From the NCBI GenBank assembly GCA_022614965.1, contig JAKEHO010000116.1, forward strand, positions 5,399 to 69,398: 64,000 bases of DNA, in the 5' to 3' direction. Shown in pieces: positions 55,127 through 64,000 of the stretch (position 1 is the stretch's first letter; each line of letters opens with the position of its first letter). Source of the DNA: Gammaproteobacteria bacterium. Lineage in GTDB: Bacteria; Pseudomonadota; Gammaproteobacteria; JAKEHO01. The notes beneath the pieces are model-generated. The model saw nothing but the letters and a program-made list of their open reading frames with translations. It was not told the DNA's origin and made no database searches. The position numbers and the translations under genes are program-made.

Positions 55127-56347
55127 CTAGCGGGCCGAGTGGCCCGTCACGTTAACCGCCACATTTTCATCATCGGTCAGCCCAGCATAATACTCGCGCA
55201 GGATCTCCAGGACTTCGGGGCGACTGAAATGCTCAGGTACTTCAGCACCGGTGGAAAGCAAGCTGCGCAATTTGGTCCCAGACAGCATCAGTCGATCTTC
55301 GGCGTCGTGGCGGCAGGTCTTCATAGACGCCATGCCCCCACACTTTTCGCACCAAAACGTCCAATCAATCCTCAACGGCCGGGTGGCGAGCGCATCTGCA
55401 GGGATCTCGTCAAAGATATGCTGGGCGTCGAATGGACCGTAGTAACTCCCAACCCCTGCGTGGTCGCGGCCAACGATGAGGTGTGAACAACCATAGTTCT
55501 GCCGAAACAAGGCGTGCAACAGGGCTTCGCGGGGGCCGGCGTAGCGCATGTCAAGGGGATACCCAGCCTGCAAAACGGTATCCTCGACAAAGTAATTCTC
55601 AATCAACGCCCGGATGGCTCGGGTACGGACATCAGCTGGAATATCGCCAGCTTTTACCTTGCCGAGCAGGGAATGGACCAGCACACCGTCACAAATCTCA
55701 ACGGCCACCTTAACAAGATACTCGTGGGATCGGTGCATGGGATTTCGCGTCTGGAAGGCAGCCACGGTGCTCCAACCGTTCTTCTCGAACAGGGCCCGAG
55801 TCTCATACGGGGTCTTGTAGGTGTCGGAATACTTTTCTGGGAATTCCCCTTGGGACACTACCTTGATTGGGCCTGCCAGGTTTACCGCACCTTGTTCCAT
55901 CACCATCTTGACGCCAGGATGCGCGGTATCCGTTGTCTTGTAGACGGCCTTGCACTCGTAGTCCTTATCGATCGTGTACTTTTCCCTCACGCGCATAGTG
56001 GCCATGATCTCGCCGCTGTCCGCATCCGCAAGCGCAACTTCGCTTCCCTCTTTGATCGTGCCTGCGCTAGCCTGATCGGTCGAAACCGTGATGGGAATAG
56101 GCCAAAAAAGACCGTTCACCAAGGCCATATCCTCACAAACACTGCGCCAGTCGTCGTGCCCCACAAACCCCTCCAGCGGGGTAAATCCACCAATTCCCAT
56201 CATGATCAAATCACCCGCCTCACGGGATGTAATGGGAATACGCTTGAGACGCACGGCACGGGCCTTCTCCTCGGCAAGCGCACCACCTTCGAGAAGCAGG
56301 GCTTTCAATCCGCCGCCCCCGTGGGGCATTACGAGTTCAGACATCAC
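55127..56347 (-). CDS. sat: sulfate adenylyltransferase (single-subunit Sat type)
   Basis: [11 protein letters not shown] and VGRDHAG motifs. About 400 aa, not the CysDN type. Confidence 0.9.
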   Translation of the reverse strand: MMSELVMPHGGGGLKALLLEGGALAEEKARAVRLKRIPITSREAGDLIMMGIGGFTPLEGFVGHDDWRSVCEDMALVNGLFWPIPITVSTDQASAGTIKEGSEVALADADSGEIMATMRVREKYTIDKDYECKAVYKTTDTAHPGVKMVMEQGAVNLAGPIKVVSQGEFPEKYSDTYKTPYETRALFEKNGWSTVAAFQTRNPMHRSHEYLVKVAVEICDGVLVHSLLGKVKAGDIPADVRTRAIRALIENYFVEDTVLQAGYPLDMRYAGPREALLHALFRQNYGCSHLIVGRDHAGVGSYYGPFDAQHIFDEIPADALATRPLRIDWTFWCEKCGGMASMKTCRHDAEDRLMLSGTKLRSLLSTGAEVPEHFSRPEVLEILREYYAGLTDDENVAVNVTGHSAR

Positions 56348-56581
56348 CTTGATCTTAGTGAAACACTGATTTGTTGAAATCCGAAAAACACAGAACGCGT
56401 AACGATAGCGATCTCTGACACAAATTCCAACCCGTCCTTGTCAAAAAAAGGAGCCCAAGTCCCTACTGATCCGGCGCCCCGAAAGATATCGTCGCTGCGA
56501 CGCAAGTTTTCCCTGGAACTAGCCTAGCGTGAGCGCTAAGCTACGCAATCAATAACATAACCCGTAACCCGAGGCCAGCCA

Positions 56582-56815
56582 ATGCCCGGATCCGATAACC
56601 ATTTCCCAGTGCAGGTTGCGCCCATGGACCCCGCCCGTAAAAACTCGAAAGTCGCGAAGTCCATAAGCGACGCAGACACCGTATCGATGTCACGAGCGAG
56701 CAAGCATTGCTACTGGAATGATACGGAATTTGAGCCGGACGATCATGTCTGTGACAGGGGCACCTGCTATGAATGCAGCCTTGGTTATTGGGTTATGTTA
56801 GACGAATCATGCTGA
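56582..56815 (+). CDS. small Cys-rich hypothetical protein
   Basis: The C-terminal 40 aa hold 5 Cys (HCYWNDTEFEPDDHVCDRGTCYECSLGYWVMLDESC). The N-terminal half is low-complexity, and a start at the internal ATG (MSRASKHC...) is possible. Confidence 0.4.
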   Translation: MPGSDNHFPVQVAPMDPARKNSKVAKSISDADTVSMSRASKHCYWNDTEFEPDDHVCDRGTCYECSLGYWVMLDESC

Positions 56816-56949
56816 CTCAGGATATCTAGATCACCACTGGGATCCTGTCACGCAGCTCGGTGCTCAAATGTACCCTGTATCAAGGGCCTTGAAAATTGCA
56901 CTCTCTACGCTCCACGCGTCGAATACCTGATCCACCTAAATGACTGGAA

Positions 56950-57525
56950 TCAACTTCCTAACAAATGTTCCTTCAATCCCGTATATCGCCCATCGACCTG
57001 GATGATATCGCCCATGTGAAAGCGGAATCTACCCATGCGCCGATCATCGAAATAGAGCTTGAGTGTGTGGCGTACTGTCGAAAAGGCCAGGGCATCCCAG
57101 GGGATCTGATCTTCGTTAAATAACTGGACTTCCAAACTTTCCTCCCCTGGCAAGTAATTCTGGTCAAGTAGGCGGGCGCGGAACATCATGTATATCTGGT
57201 CGACATGGGGCAAATTCAAAACCACATACAGGGCGGCTATCTGCACCCTGGCATTCGCTTCCTCCATGGTCTCGCGCATCGCAGTCTCTAGCGATGTTTC
57301 CCCTATCTCCATGAAACCGGCAGGCAGGGTCCATAAACCGTGGCGCGGCGGAATTGCACGGCGGCAAAGGAGAATCTGGTCTTCCCACTCGGCGATGCAG
57401 CCGGCCACGATCTTTGGGTTCTGATAATGAATTGTGGAACAGGCATCACAAACGTAGCGCGGGCGATCGTCTCCTGGCGGGATTTTCTGCTGAACAACGG
57501 CGCCACAATTGCTGCAGAACTTCAT
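56950..57525 (-). CDS. NUDIX hydrolase with N-terminal zinc ribbon
   Basis: CSNCG...CDAC zinc ribbon, then the Nudix box GFMEIGETSLETAMRETMEEANA. Confidence 0.88.
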   Translation of the reverse strand: MKFCSNCGAVVQQKIPPGDDRPRYVCDACSTIHYQNPKIVAGCIAEWEDQILLCRRAIPPRHGLWTLPAGFMEIGETSLETAMRETMEEANARVQIAALYVVLNLPHVDQIYMMFRARLLDQNYLPGEESLEVQLFNEDQIPWDALAFSTVRHTLKLYFDDRRMGRFRFHMGDIIQVDGRYTGLKEHLLGS

Positions 57526-57646
57526 CTCCCAATTCCTTTACCAAAGCGTTCAATCAAAATAAATATTGTTGTAAGGGCCCGACCGGGATACTCATCAGCA
57601 AATAATTGATCGTGGATACGGATAATGATGGGCCCGCACCACCCTT

Positions 57647-58252
57647 TTATAGCAGTGGAACAATAGAGGGCCACAGGTTATCCAGCATTCGTTCCTGGGC
57701 AAGTGTACTGGGATGGACGCCATCCTCTTGCATGAGCTCCGGATGATCGGCAATCCCTTCAAGAATGAAGGGTGCAAGTAGAACATCGTGATCCTCTGCA
57801 AGCTCATGATAGACAGCCTCAAACTGTTCGTTATAATGCGCTCCGTAATTCGGCGGCAAGCGCATGCTTACAAGGACCACCTTTGCATGCCTAGCGCGGC
57901 ATGCATCAAGTATCTTTGAGAGGTTATTACGGATCTCCGATACTAACAGTCCGCGTAAGCCATCATTGCCGCCTAGCTCAACAACCACGATGTTAGGGCT
58001 GTGGGTGTCAAGGAGCCCCCGGACCCGAGCCTGGGCCCCGCGTAGGGTATCGCCGCTGATACTGGCATTGACTACCCTGTAACTGTAGCCTTGTTGCTTG
58101 ATACGCTGCTGCAATCGGGCCACCCAGCTGCTTTTTACGTCAATCCCATACCCGGCACTCAGGCTATCGCCTAATACCAGAATTACGGGTTCCGTTGCCG
58201 CAATAGCAGCCGCAACACAGAAAAACGCAATGCAAAAGGAACGTAGCAACAT
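57647..58252 (-). CDS. tesA: SGNH arylesterase / thioesterase I (TesA-like)
   Basis: Signal peptide, the GDSLSAGYG serine block, GGNDG, and a C-terminal DGVHP. Confidence 0.88.
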   Translation of the reverse strand: MLLRSFCIAFFCVAAAIAATEPVILVLGDSLSAGYGIDVKSSWVARLQQRIKQQGYSYRVVNASISGDTLRGAQARVRGLLDTHSPNIVVVELGGNDGLRGLLVSEIRNNLSKILDACRARHAKVVLVSMRLPPNYGAHYNEQFEAVYHELAEDHDVLLAPFILEGIADHPELMQEDGVHPSTLAQERMLDNLWPSIVPLL

Positions 58253-58277
58253 GAGGGGAAATCACTCCGTGCCGATC

Positions 58278-58952
58278 ATGCACGCTGAAGAACTCAGCAA
58301 GCAAGTTGACGGTCCGGCAGGGCAATTGACGATACTCCACAATATCAATTTGTCAATCCCGCATGGAGATACTGTGGCGATTTTCGGTGTCTCCGGGTCC
58401 GGAAAATCCACATTACTCGGACTGCTTGCCGGATTAGACACGCCCACCAGTGGCCGAGTCCTCTTAGACGGAGTTGACCTTGGTTCCCTCGATGAGGACG
58501 GTCGCGCACTGTTACGCCGTCAGCGTGTCGGATTTGTGTTCCAGACATTTCAGTTGCTGCCAAATCTTACTGCATTGGAAAATGTGATGTTACCTTTGGA
58601 GCTTGCAGATCACCAAAAACCGGGAGAGCTAAGCGTTGACGTTCTCAAGCGCGCGGGTTTGGGAGAACGATTGCACCATTATCCCAACCAGCTATCCGGT
58701 GGAGAGCAACAACGCGTCGCAATTGCCAGAGCGTTTGCCCCTCAACCCAAGGTGCTGTTAGCTGACGAGCCAACCGGTAACCTGGATCAGAAGACCGGAA
58801 CACAAATTATCGAACTTATATTCTCTCTCAATCGCGAATACGGGACCACGCTCATGCTTGTAACCCACGACGACGCTATCGCAACTCATTGCCACAGACG
58901 GTTGACGTTAAACGGCGGCTCGCTAACTGGGGAAACGCACCAAATAGCCTAA
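58278..58952 (+). CDS. ybbA: ABC transporter ATP-binding protein YbbA-like
   Basis: GVSGSGKSTLL, LSGGEQQRVAIARA and LLADEPTGNLD. The ATG at 58278 aligns best with family N-termini. The ATG at 58251 is possible but shares a CATG with the tesA start. Confidence 0.88.
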   Translation: MHAEELSKQVDGPAGQLTILHNINLSIPHGDTVAIFGVSGSGKSTLLGLLAGLDTPTSGRVLLDGVDLGSLDEDGRALLRRQRVGFVFQTFQLLPNLTALENVMLPLELADHQKPGELSVDVLKRAGLGERLHHYPNQLSGGEQQRVAIARAFAPQPKVLLADEPTGNLDQKTGTQIIELIFSLNREYGTTLMLVTHDDAIATHCHRRLTLNGGSLTGETHQIA

Positions 58953-58973
58953 CTGAAGGCGATAGGCCATCAG

Positions 58974-61466
58974 ATGAAAGAAATCGCGTTTGCCTTGACT
59001 GCGCTAAAGCGTGACTGGTGCGCTGGTGAACTGCGGCTGGTTGCCATTGCTCTTGTTATCGCGGTTACCAGCGTGACATCTGTAGGTCTCTTTAGCAGCC
59101 GAATCCATCGAGTAACCGTGCTCCAGGCCGCGGAGCTGCTTGCTGCTGATTTGGTTCTCGTTTCACCTGATCCAATCCCAGCGAAACTTATCGAGCAAGC
59201 GCAGAGATCGAATTTAAGGACGGCTGAGACGCTAAGCTTTCGCAGCGTGGCGGTCGCGGGTGACAGGTTACAACTTGCCGAGGTGAAGGCCGTTGATAGT
59301 CATTATCCGCTGCGTGGCGAACTCAGCACGGCGACCAGCCTCTTTGGGGCAGCAAGCGAAACCCGGCAGATCCCCCAATCCGGCACGGCTTGGGTCGACG
59401 GCCGGATGATGCAGCTCCTAGGCGTTTCCGTTGGCGATCGCATCGACCTGGGTGTGACCCAGTTGCTCGTAAGCAAGGTGTTGGTCAATGAACCCGACCG
59501 CGGCGGCGAGCTGTTCAACATTGCACCACGTATTATGATCAATCTGGCTGATGTCCCGGCCACAAAACTGGTGCAGCCAGCAAGCCGTGTGCACTACCGT
59601 CTACTCTTATCAGGCGCGGCCAGCGACATTGCGGCTTTCCGGTGGTGGATCACATCACAACGGGACCCGATCCTGCAGATACAGGATCTGCGCGAAGGCC
59701 GCCCTGAACTTCGCAGGGCGTTTGAACGTGCGGAGCAGTTCCTTGACCTTGCCTCAGTGGTTGCCGTCGCTCTCGCAGGCCTTGCCATCGCCCTAGCCAC
59801 GCAGCGCTATGTGGTACGGCATCTTGATAACTGCGCCATCATGCGCTGTTTCGGGGCAAGCCAGGGATTTATTAGTCGCAGCTATTTAATCCAGTTGCTT
59901 TGCCTCGGTTTGGCGACCGGCATCGCCGGCTGCGGCCTTGGTTTCCTAGTGCAGCTTGGCCTTTCGAAACTGCTGATCGGTCTCACCCCTACCATCCTCC
60001 CCACGCCCTCTTGGATCCCACTCCTGAGTGGTGTTTCTGTGGCATTGATCACCTTGTTGGGGTTCGCAATCCCGCACATCACGCGTCTGAGATCCGTGCC
60101 TCCCGCTCGTGTCCTACGCCGCGACCTCGGCCCCCTGCCGAGGCGAATGGTCACAGTGTACGGCGCAGCGATCGCAGCGCTTGCGATGCTCGTACCATGG
60201 TACTCTGGCGACCTGCAGTTAACGGCTTATACGCTGGGCGCGCTTCTGGCTACCGGGATCCTGCTTGCAGGCTCTGGCTGGTTTGTCATTAAGCTACTCG
60301 CCGGATTGCGTGCCCGGGTGGGCATTGGCTGGCGCTTCGGCGTGACGAATATCGTCCGACGTACCGGTAGTAGCGTTGCCCAGATCGTAGCACTCGGCCT
60401 CGGAATCATGGTCATGCTGTTGCTAACCCTGGTCCGTACAGATCTCATCACTGCATGGCGGGACAGATTGGCTCCTCAGGCCCCAAATCAATTCATCATC
60501 AATGTTCAGCGAGATGAGGTCGACGCGATAAGGCAATTGTTCCGCGACAAGAGCCAAACTCCACCGATACTATATCCCATGGTTCGGGGCAGGCTGGTTA
60601 CGATCAACGAGCATGCCGTGGATCCCGACGATTATTCGGAGCCGCGAGCACAACGCCTCGCGGAGAGGGAATTCAATCTTTCCTGGGCTGAGTCTCCCCA
60701 GTGGGACAATCAGATCATTGCAGGCATTTGGTGGAAAGCGGGGGATCATGGTAAGCATCTCTTCTCCGTCGAAGACGGGATTGCCACCACCCTCGGCATA
60801 AAATTACATGACGAACTCGCCTTTCAGGTAGCGGAACGGGAAGTTAAGGGCAAGGTAAGCAACCTCAGACGCGTCGAGTGGGACACTTTTAACGTTAACT
60901 TCTTCGTTGTCGCAAACCCGGGGATGCTGGATGGCTATCCCGCTACTTACATCACAAGCTTTCACCTGCCCCCCGGCAGCAAATGGTTGCTTAATGAACT
61001 CATCACACGTTTCCCCAGCATCACAATCCTCGACGTCGATGCCCTTATTGAGAAGGCCCAAGGTATCATTAGCCGAGCTGCGCTCGCCGTGGAATATGTC
61101 TTTGTACTCACCCTGCTCGCGGGTCTGACGGTCCTCTTTGCTGCAATCCAGACAACCCACGATGAACGGATACATGAGAGCGCCCTACTCCGCACGCTGG
61201 GCGCAACCACGACACAATTGGCTAAAGGACTGCTTGCTGAATTCACATGTCTGGGACTTGTCGCCGGGTTACTCGCCGCGATCGCAGCGACTCTCGCGGG
61301 CCATGTGATCGCCACCCAGGTCTTTGCTATCAACTATCAATTTAATCCCTGGCTCTGGCTTATTGGACCTAGCATTGGGGCCGTAGGGATCGGACTTGCA
61401 GGTTTTCTTGGAACTCGGTCGGTGCTTCATCAACCGCCGATATTGACGCTACGCAAGATGTCATAG
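58974..61466 (+). CDS. ybbP: FtsX-like ABC transporter permease YbbP-like (830 aa)
   Basis: Two FtsX-type 4-TM modules separated by large loops. Follows ybbA, as in the enterobacterial tesA/ybbA-ybbP arrangement. Confidence 0.85.
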   Translation: MKEIAFALTALKRDWCAGELRLVAIALVIAVTSVTSVGLFSSRIHRVTVLQAAELLAADLVLVSPDPIPAKLIEQAQRSNLRTAETLSFRSVAVAGDRLQLAEVKAVDSHYPLRGELSTATSLFGAASETRQIPQSGTAWVDGRMMQLLGVSVGDRIDLGVTQLLVSKVLVNEPDRGGELFNIAPRIMINLADVPATKLVQPASRVHYRLLLSGAASDIAAFRWWITSQRDPILQIQDLREGRPELRRAFERAEQFLDLASVVAVALAGLAIALATQRYVVRHLDNCAIMRCFGASQGFISRSYLIQLLCLGLATGIAGCGLGFLVQLGLSKLLIGLTPTILPTPSWIPLLSGVSVALITLLGFAIPHITRLRSVPPARVLRRDLGPLPRRMVTVYGAAIAALAMLVPWYSGDLQLTAYTLGALLATGILLAGSGWFVIKLLAGLRARVGIGWRFGVTNIVRRTGSSVAQIVALGLGIMVMLLLTLVRTDLITAWRDRLAPQAPNQFIINVQRDEVDAIRQLFRDKSQTPPILYPMVRGRLVTINEHAVDPDDYSEPRAQRLAEREFNLSWAESPQWDNQIIAGIWWKAGDHGKHLFSVEDGIATTLGIKLHDELAFQVAEREVKGKVSNLRRVEWDTFNVNFFVVANPGMLDGYPATYITSFHLPPGSKWLLNELITRFPSITILDVDALIEKAQGIISRAALAVEYVFVLTLLAGLTVLFAAIQTTHDERIHESALLRTLGATTTQLAKGLLAEFTCLGLVAGLLAAIAATLAGHVIATQVFAINYQFNPWLWLIGPSIGAVGIGLAGFLGTRSVLHQPPILTLRKMS

Positions 61467-61809
61467 GCACTCATCCGTTACACATCGGTCATCACCATGA
61501 ATCATAGCGATCTTTCTAAATCTACCGATGAGATGTCTTGTGGCATCCCAACGCAGCGTTGTCCGTGATACCGGCAACCTCATGCGAAATGCCTAAAACG
61601 TCACATTTCAAGCACAACCCAACGCTGTGTCAAATCACATACGGTATACTTACCATTAATTGCTAGTTCGGCTTGTCTACCCCAGTTCATCTGCCCTAAA
61701 TCAGCATTCTTCCTGTGCGGATGGCGGCTCAATGTAGCGACAAACGTGTTATATATTAGGGAGCATAGAGCGATAAGCCCCGTCGTTCTCTAAATCCGGA
61801 GGGGGAACC

Positions 61810-62022
61810 ATGCGCACCCTGCTGTTAACGCTAACTTATGTGGCGATGTTGCAATTCATCGCATGCTCGAGCGATTCAAATGAACAAGACAAACCAAGCG
61901 CAGTCAAGGATCATGCATGGAAGGCGCAGACTGATGCTTTAGAAAAGGCCAAGGCTGTAGAGCAGACCTTGATGGACTCCGCCGCCAAAGAGCGCGAAAG
62001 GATCGACCAGGAGGGCAAATAG
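61810..62022 (+). CDS. small lipoprotein, unknown function (70 aa)
   Basis: Signal peptide with lipobox QFIAC, then a charged helical segment. GGAGGGGG SD lies 4 nt upstream. Confidence 0.7.
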   Translation: MRTLLLTLTYVAMLQFIACSSDSNEQDKPSAVKDHAWKAQTDALEKAKAVEQTLMDSAAKERERIDQEGK

Positions 62023-62065
62023 ACTCGGGTCAACTCAACCAATACCGCTGCATACGGAGGCACTT

Positions 62066-63526
62066 ATGTCGTATTCAGAAGCCTTTATGATTGTGCCGAA
62101 TCCCGTACTATCAGGACTGATCTGGTTTATCGTCCTTGCATTGCTCCTTTATATTGCGAGAGCACCAGCCCATCGCGTCATTCTGTCCTTCAGTCGTATT
62201 TTGCATCATGCCATGCGACTGTCTGCGAACTCGGTGATTCGCGCAGAACAGAAATTGTCCCAACGCAACAAGGAAGTCCTGTTAGCTGCTGGACGGGAGG
62301 CATCGGAACGCATTTTAGAGCGTGAGTTCGAGCGGGTGTATGCAACCATTCGTAGAGACCTGGGGGAATTCCCATCCTTGCACCGAAAACTCAGCGAAGA
62401 ATTCACTTTGATGGAGGAGGACTATAAACAGAGTACCGAAGTACCGCCATCACCGCTTGCATGGACTAAAGCGGTTGAGGCCGTCGCGAAGATACCGGCA
62501 AAAGGCGACCCCACGGTGAGCGACATCCTTGCAGAGATCCACCGATCCATGGTGAAGGCCCATGACAGGGCGCTGGAAGAATACCGTAAAGCCACGCATG
62601 TCCGTCATACACTGCTTTCGAAGATGACGCCCTATTGGCGAAGGTTGCAACGGGCACTCGGGCTCGTCGACAAGAATATAAATAGCCTCCTCGAACGCGC
62701 CAAAATTATCGATCGACACATTGAGGATTACGAAAATATTCAGAATCAAACAGACCGTGCCCTACGCATGCTGTCATCGTCTGCTCTAACGCAGTTCTTT
62801 ATTTCGTCTATTGTGCTGGTCATCGCGATCGGCGGTGCGATGATTAACTTTCACTTGATTGCTCGGCCGATGGCGGAAATGGTCGGTGGTCACAACACGA
62901 TAGGAAACTTTAGGATCGCCGATATCTCCGCGTTGGTGATCATCCTTGTCGAGATCTCCATGGGCCTGTTCCTCATGGAATCCCTTCGCATCACGCGTCT
63001 GTTCCCCGTGGTCGGCGCGCTCAAGGACCAAATTCGCAACCGTATGGTTTGGACTACATTTATCATTCTGTTCATACTTGCCAGCGTTGAGGCGGGACTA
63101 GCCTTCCTGCGCGAAATCCTAATGCAGGACGAACTTGCCACCAGCGCCTTGCTAAGAGGTGATGATGTTGGCGAGTTTAAAGCAGAATTTGTTTGGATTA
63201 CGACGGCTGCTCAGATGGGCCTGGGCTTTATCTTGCCATTCGCCCTCGTGTTTGTTGCGATACCACTGGAAACTTTCGTGCATTCCCTGCGGACTGTCCT
63301 GGGAATGATAGGGATCGGCTTCCTGCGTGGCGTGGCCTTCGTGTTACGGCTAATCGGTAACGTCTTTCGCTACTTTGGAAACATGCTGGTACATATCTAC
63401 GACCTATCGATCTTCGTGCCACTATGGATCGAAAAACACATTAGGACGCGAGTGATGAGGACGAAGGCGATTGTGGCAGATGCTGATCCAAAAACGGAAA
63501 CGTTAACGATCGGGGGGGCATCGTGA
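62066..63526 (+). CDS. polytopic membrane protein with long helical cytoplasmic segment, unknown family (486 aa)
   Basis: GGAGG SD. One N-terminal TM helix (LIWFIVLALLLYIA), about 200 charged helix-prone residues, then 5-6 TM helices (residues ~250-450). I recognise no motif. Confidence 0.75.
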   Translation: MSYSEAFMIVPNPVLSGLIWFIVLALLLYIARAPAHRVILSFSRILHHAMRLSANSVIRAEQKLSQRNKEVLLAAGREASERILEREFERVYATIRRDLGEFPSLHRKLSEEFTLMEEDYKQSTEVPPSPLAWTKAVEAVAKIPAKGDPTVSDILAEIHRSMVKAHDRALEEYRKATHVRHTLLSKMTPYWRRLQRALGLVDKNINSLLERAKIIDRHIEDYENIQNQTDRALRMLSSSALTQFFISSIVLVIAIGGAMINFHLIARPMAEMVGGHNTIGNFRIADISALVIILVEISMGLFLMESLRITRLFPVVGALKDQIRNRMVWTTFIILFILASVEAGLAFLREILMQDELATSALLRGDDVGEFKAEFVWITTAAQMGLGFILPFALVFVAIPLETFVHSLRTVLGMIGIGFLRGVAFVLRLIGNVFRYFGNMLVHIYDLSIFVPLWIEKHIRTRVMRTKAIVADADPKTETLTIGGAS

Positions 63527-64000
63527 TGCAACGGGTGGCAGCACTCATTGTACTCGCGTTTGGGTCTGTCGTGGCGGGATGTTCTGACGGTACGCCGCAG
63601 AACCGCGGTGTCTACATGCTGATGGACACCTCAGGGACGTACGCCAACGAGCTTAAAAACGCGCAGAAGGTCATTAGCGTCATTTTGGTGTCCCTGCAAC
63701 CGAATGACTCGTTCGCGGTCGCGCGCATCGACACGGGAAGTTTTAGTGAAAAGGATATCATCGCCAGGGTCACACTCGATGACAGGCCAAGCAGGGCGAA
63801 TCATCAAAAACGCCAGTTCCGCGAGGGGATCGATAGCTTTGTCAAGGAAGTCAAACCTGCGTCGCACACCGATGTCACCGGCGGGATCCTGCAAGCCATT
63901 GAATATCTGAATGAAAAAGCCTCTGCCAAGAAGACCATCCTGATCTTTTCAGACCTCAAGGAAGACTTGAGAGAAGGTTATGTCCGTGACATACCGTTCA
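63526..64000 (+). CDS. vWA-domain lipoprotein, N-terminal 158 aa (3' end outside window; not in the ORF track)
   Basis: The ATG at 63526 overlaps the upstream TGA (GTGATG). Product begins MQRVAALIVLAFGSVVAGCSDG... with lipobox VVAGC. It then has VYMLMDTSGT (DxSxT MIDAS start), HTDVTGG and KTILIFSDL. The frame stays open to base 64000. Confidence 0.75.
   Translation, partial: MQRVAALIVLAFGSVVAGCSDGTPQNRGVYMLMDTSGTYANELKNAQKVISVILVSLQPNDSFAVARIDTGSFSEKDIIARVTLDDRPSRANHQKRQFREGIDSFVKEVKPASHTDVTGGILQAIEYLNEKASAKKTILIFSDLKEDLREGYVRDIPF

Overview
Housekeeping-dominated chromosomal segment with gammaproteobacterial gene order; I cannot name the organism. It is almost fully coding. The main blocks are listed below.
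- anmK / erpA / bactofilin / argC
- a redoxin, hemJ, rubredoxin and thiD-thiE-hemL
- glmU, the complete atpIBEFHAGDC operon, then parB-parA-rsmG-mnmG with speE coupled upstream
- an M20 peptidase-speA-dehydrogenase operon
- a GldA/F/G-like ABC-2 exporter plus a DUF4340-like gene
- glyQ-glyS-gmhB-plsC, then hemB
- the nitrogen block glnA, two DUF4124-like genes and ntrB-ntrC, whose sigma54 and NtrC sites are readable in the DNA
- lysA with a small lptM, then rhlB / trxA / rho, sat, and tesA / ybbA-ybbP

I saw no rRNA, tRNA, CRISPR array or intact mobile element.

Three genes are absent from the ORF track: rubredoxin (5625-5789), LptM (50893-51039) and a vWA lipoprotein that runs off the 3' edge (63526-64000).

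Three loci look decayed:
- a 3'-truncated cardiolipin synthase followed by 310 bp of orphan DNA
- a frameshifted gamma-carbonic-anhydrase-like gene
- a multiply disrupted ArsM-like methyltransferase

The best candidate for something undescribed is the truncated three-gene envelope module at 61810-64000 (mini-lipoprotein, unplaceable 486-aa membrane protein, coupled vWA lipoprotein). The Gld-like ABC/DUF4340 cluster is second. Both calls are modest, because the window is mostly core genome. All family assignments come from motifs read by eye, with no searches run.
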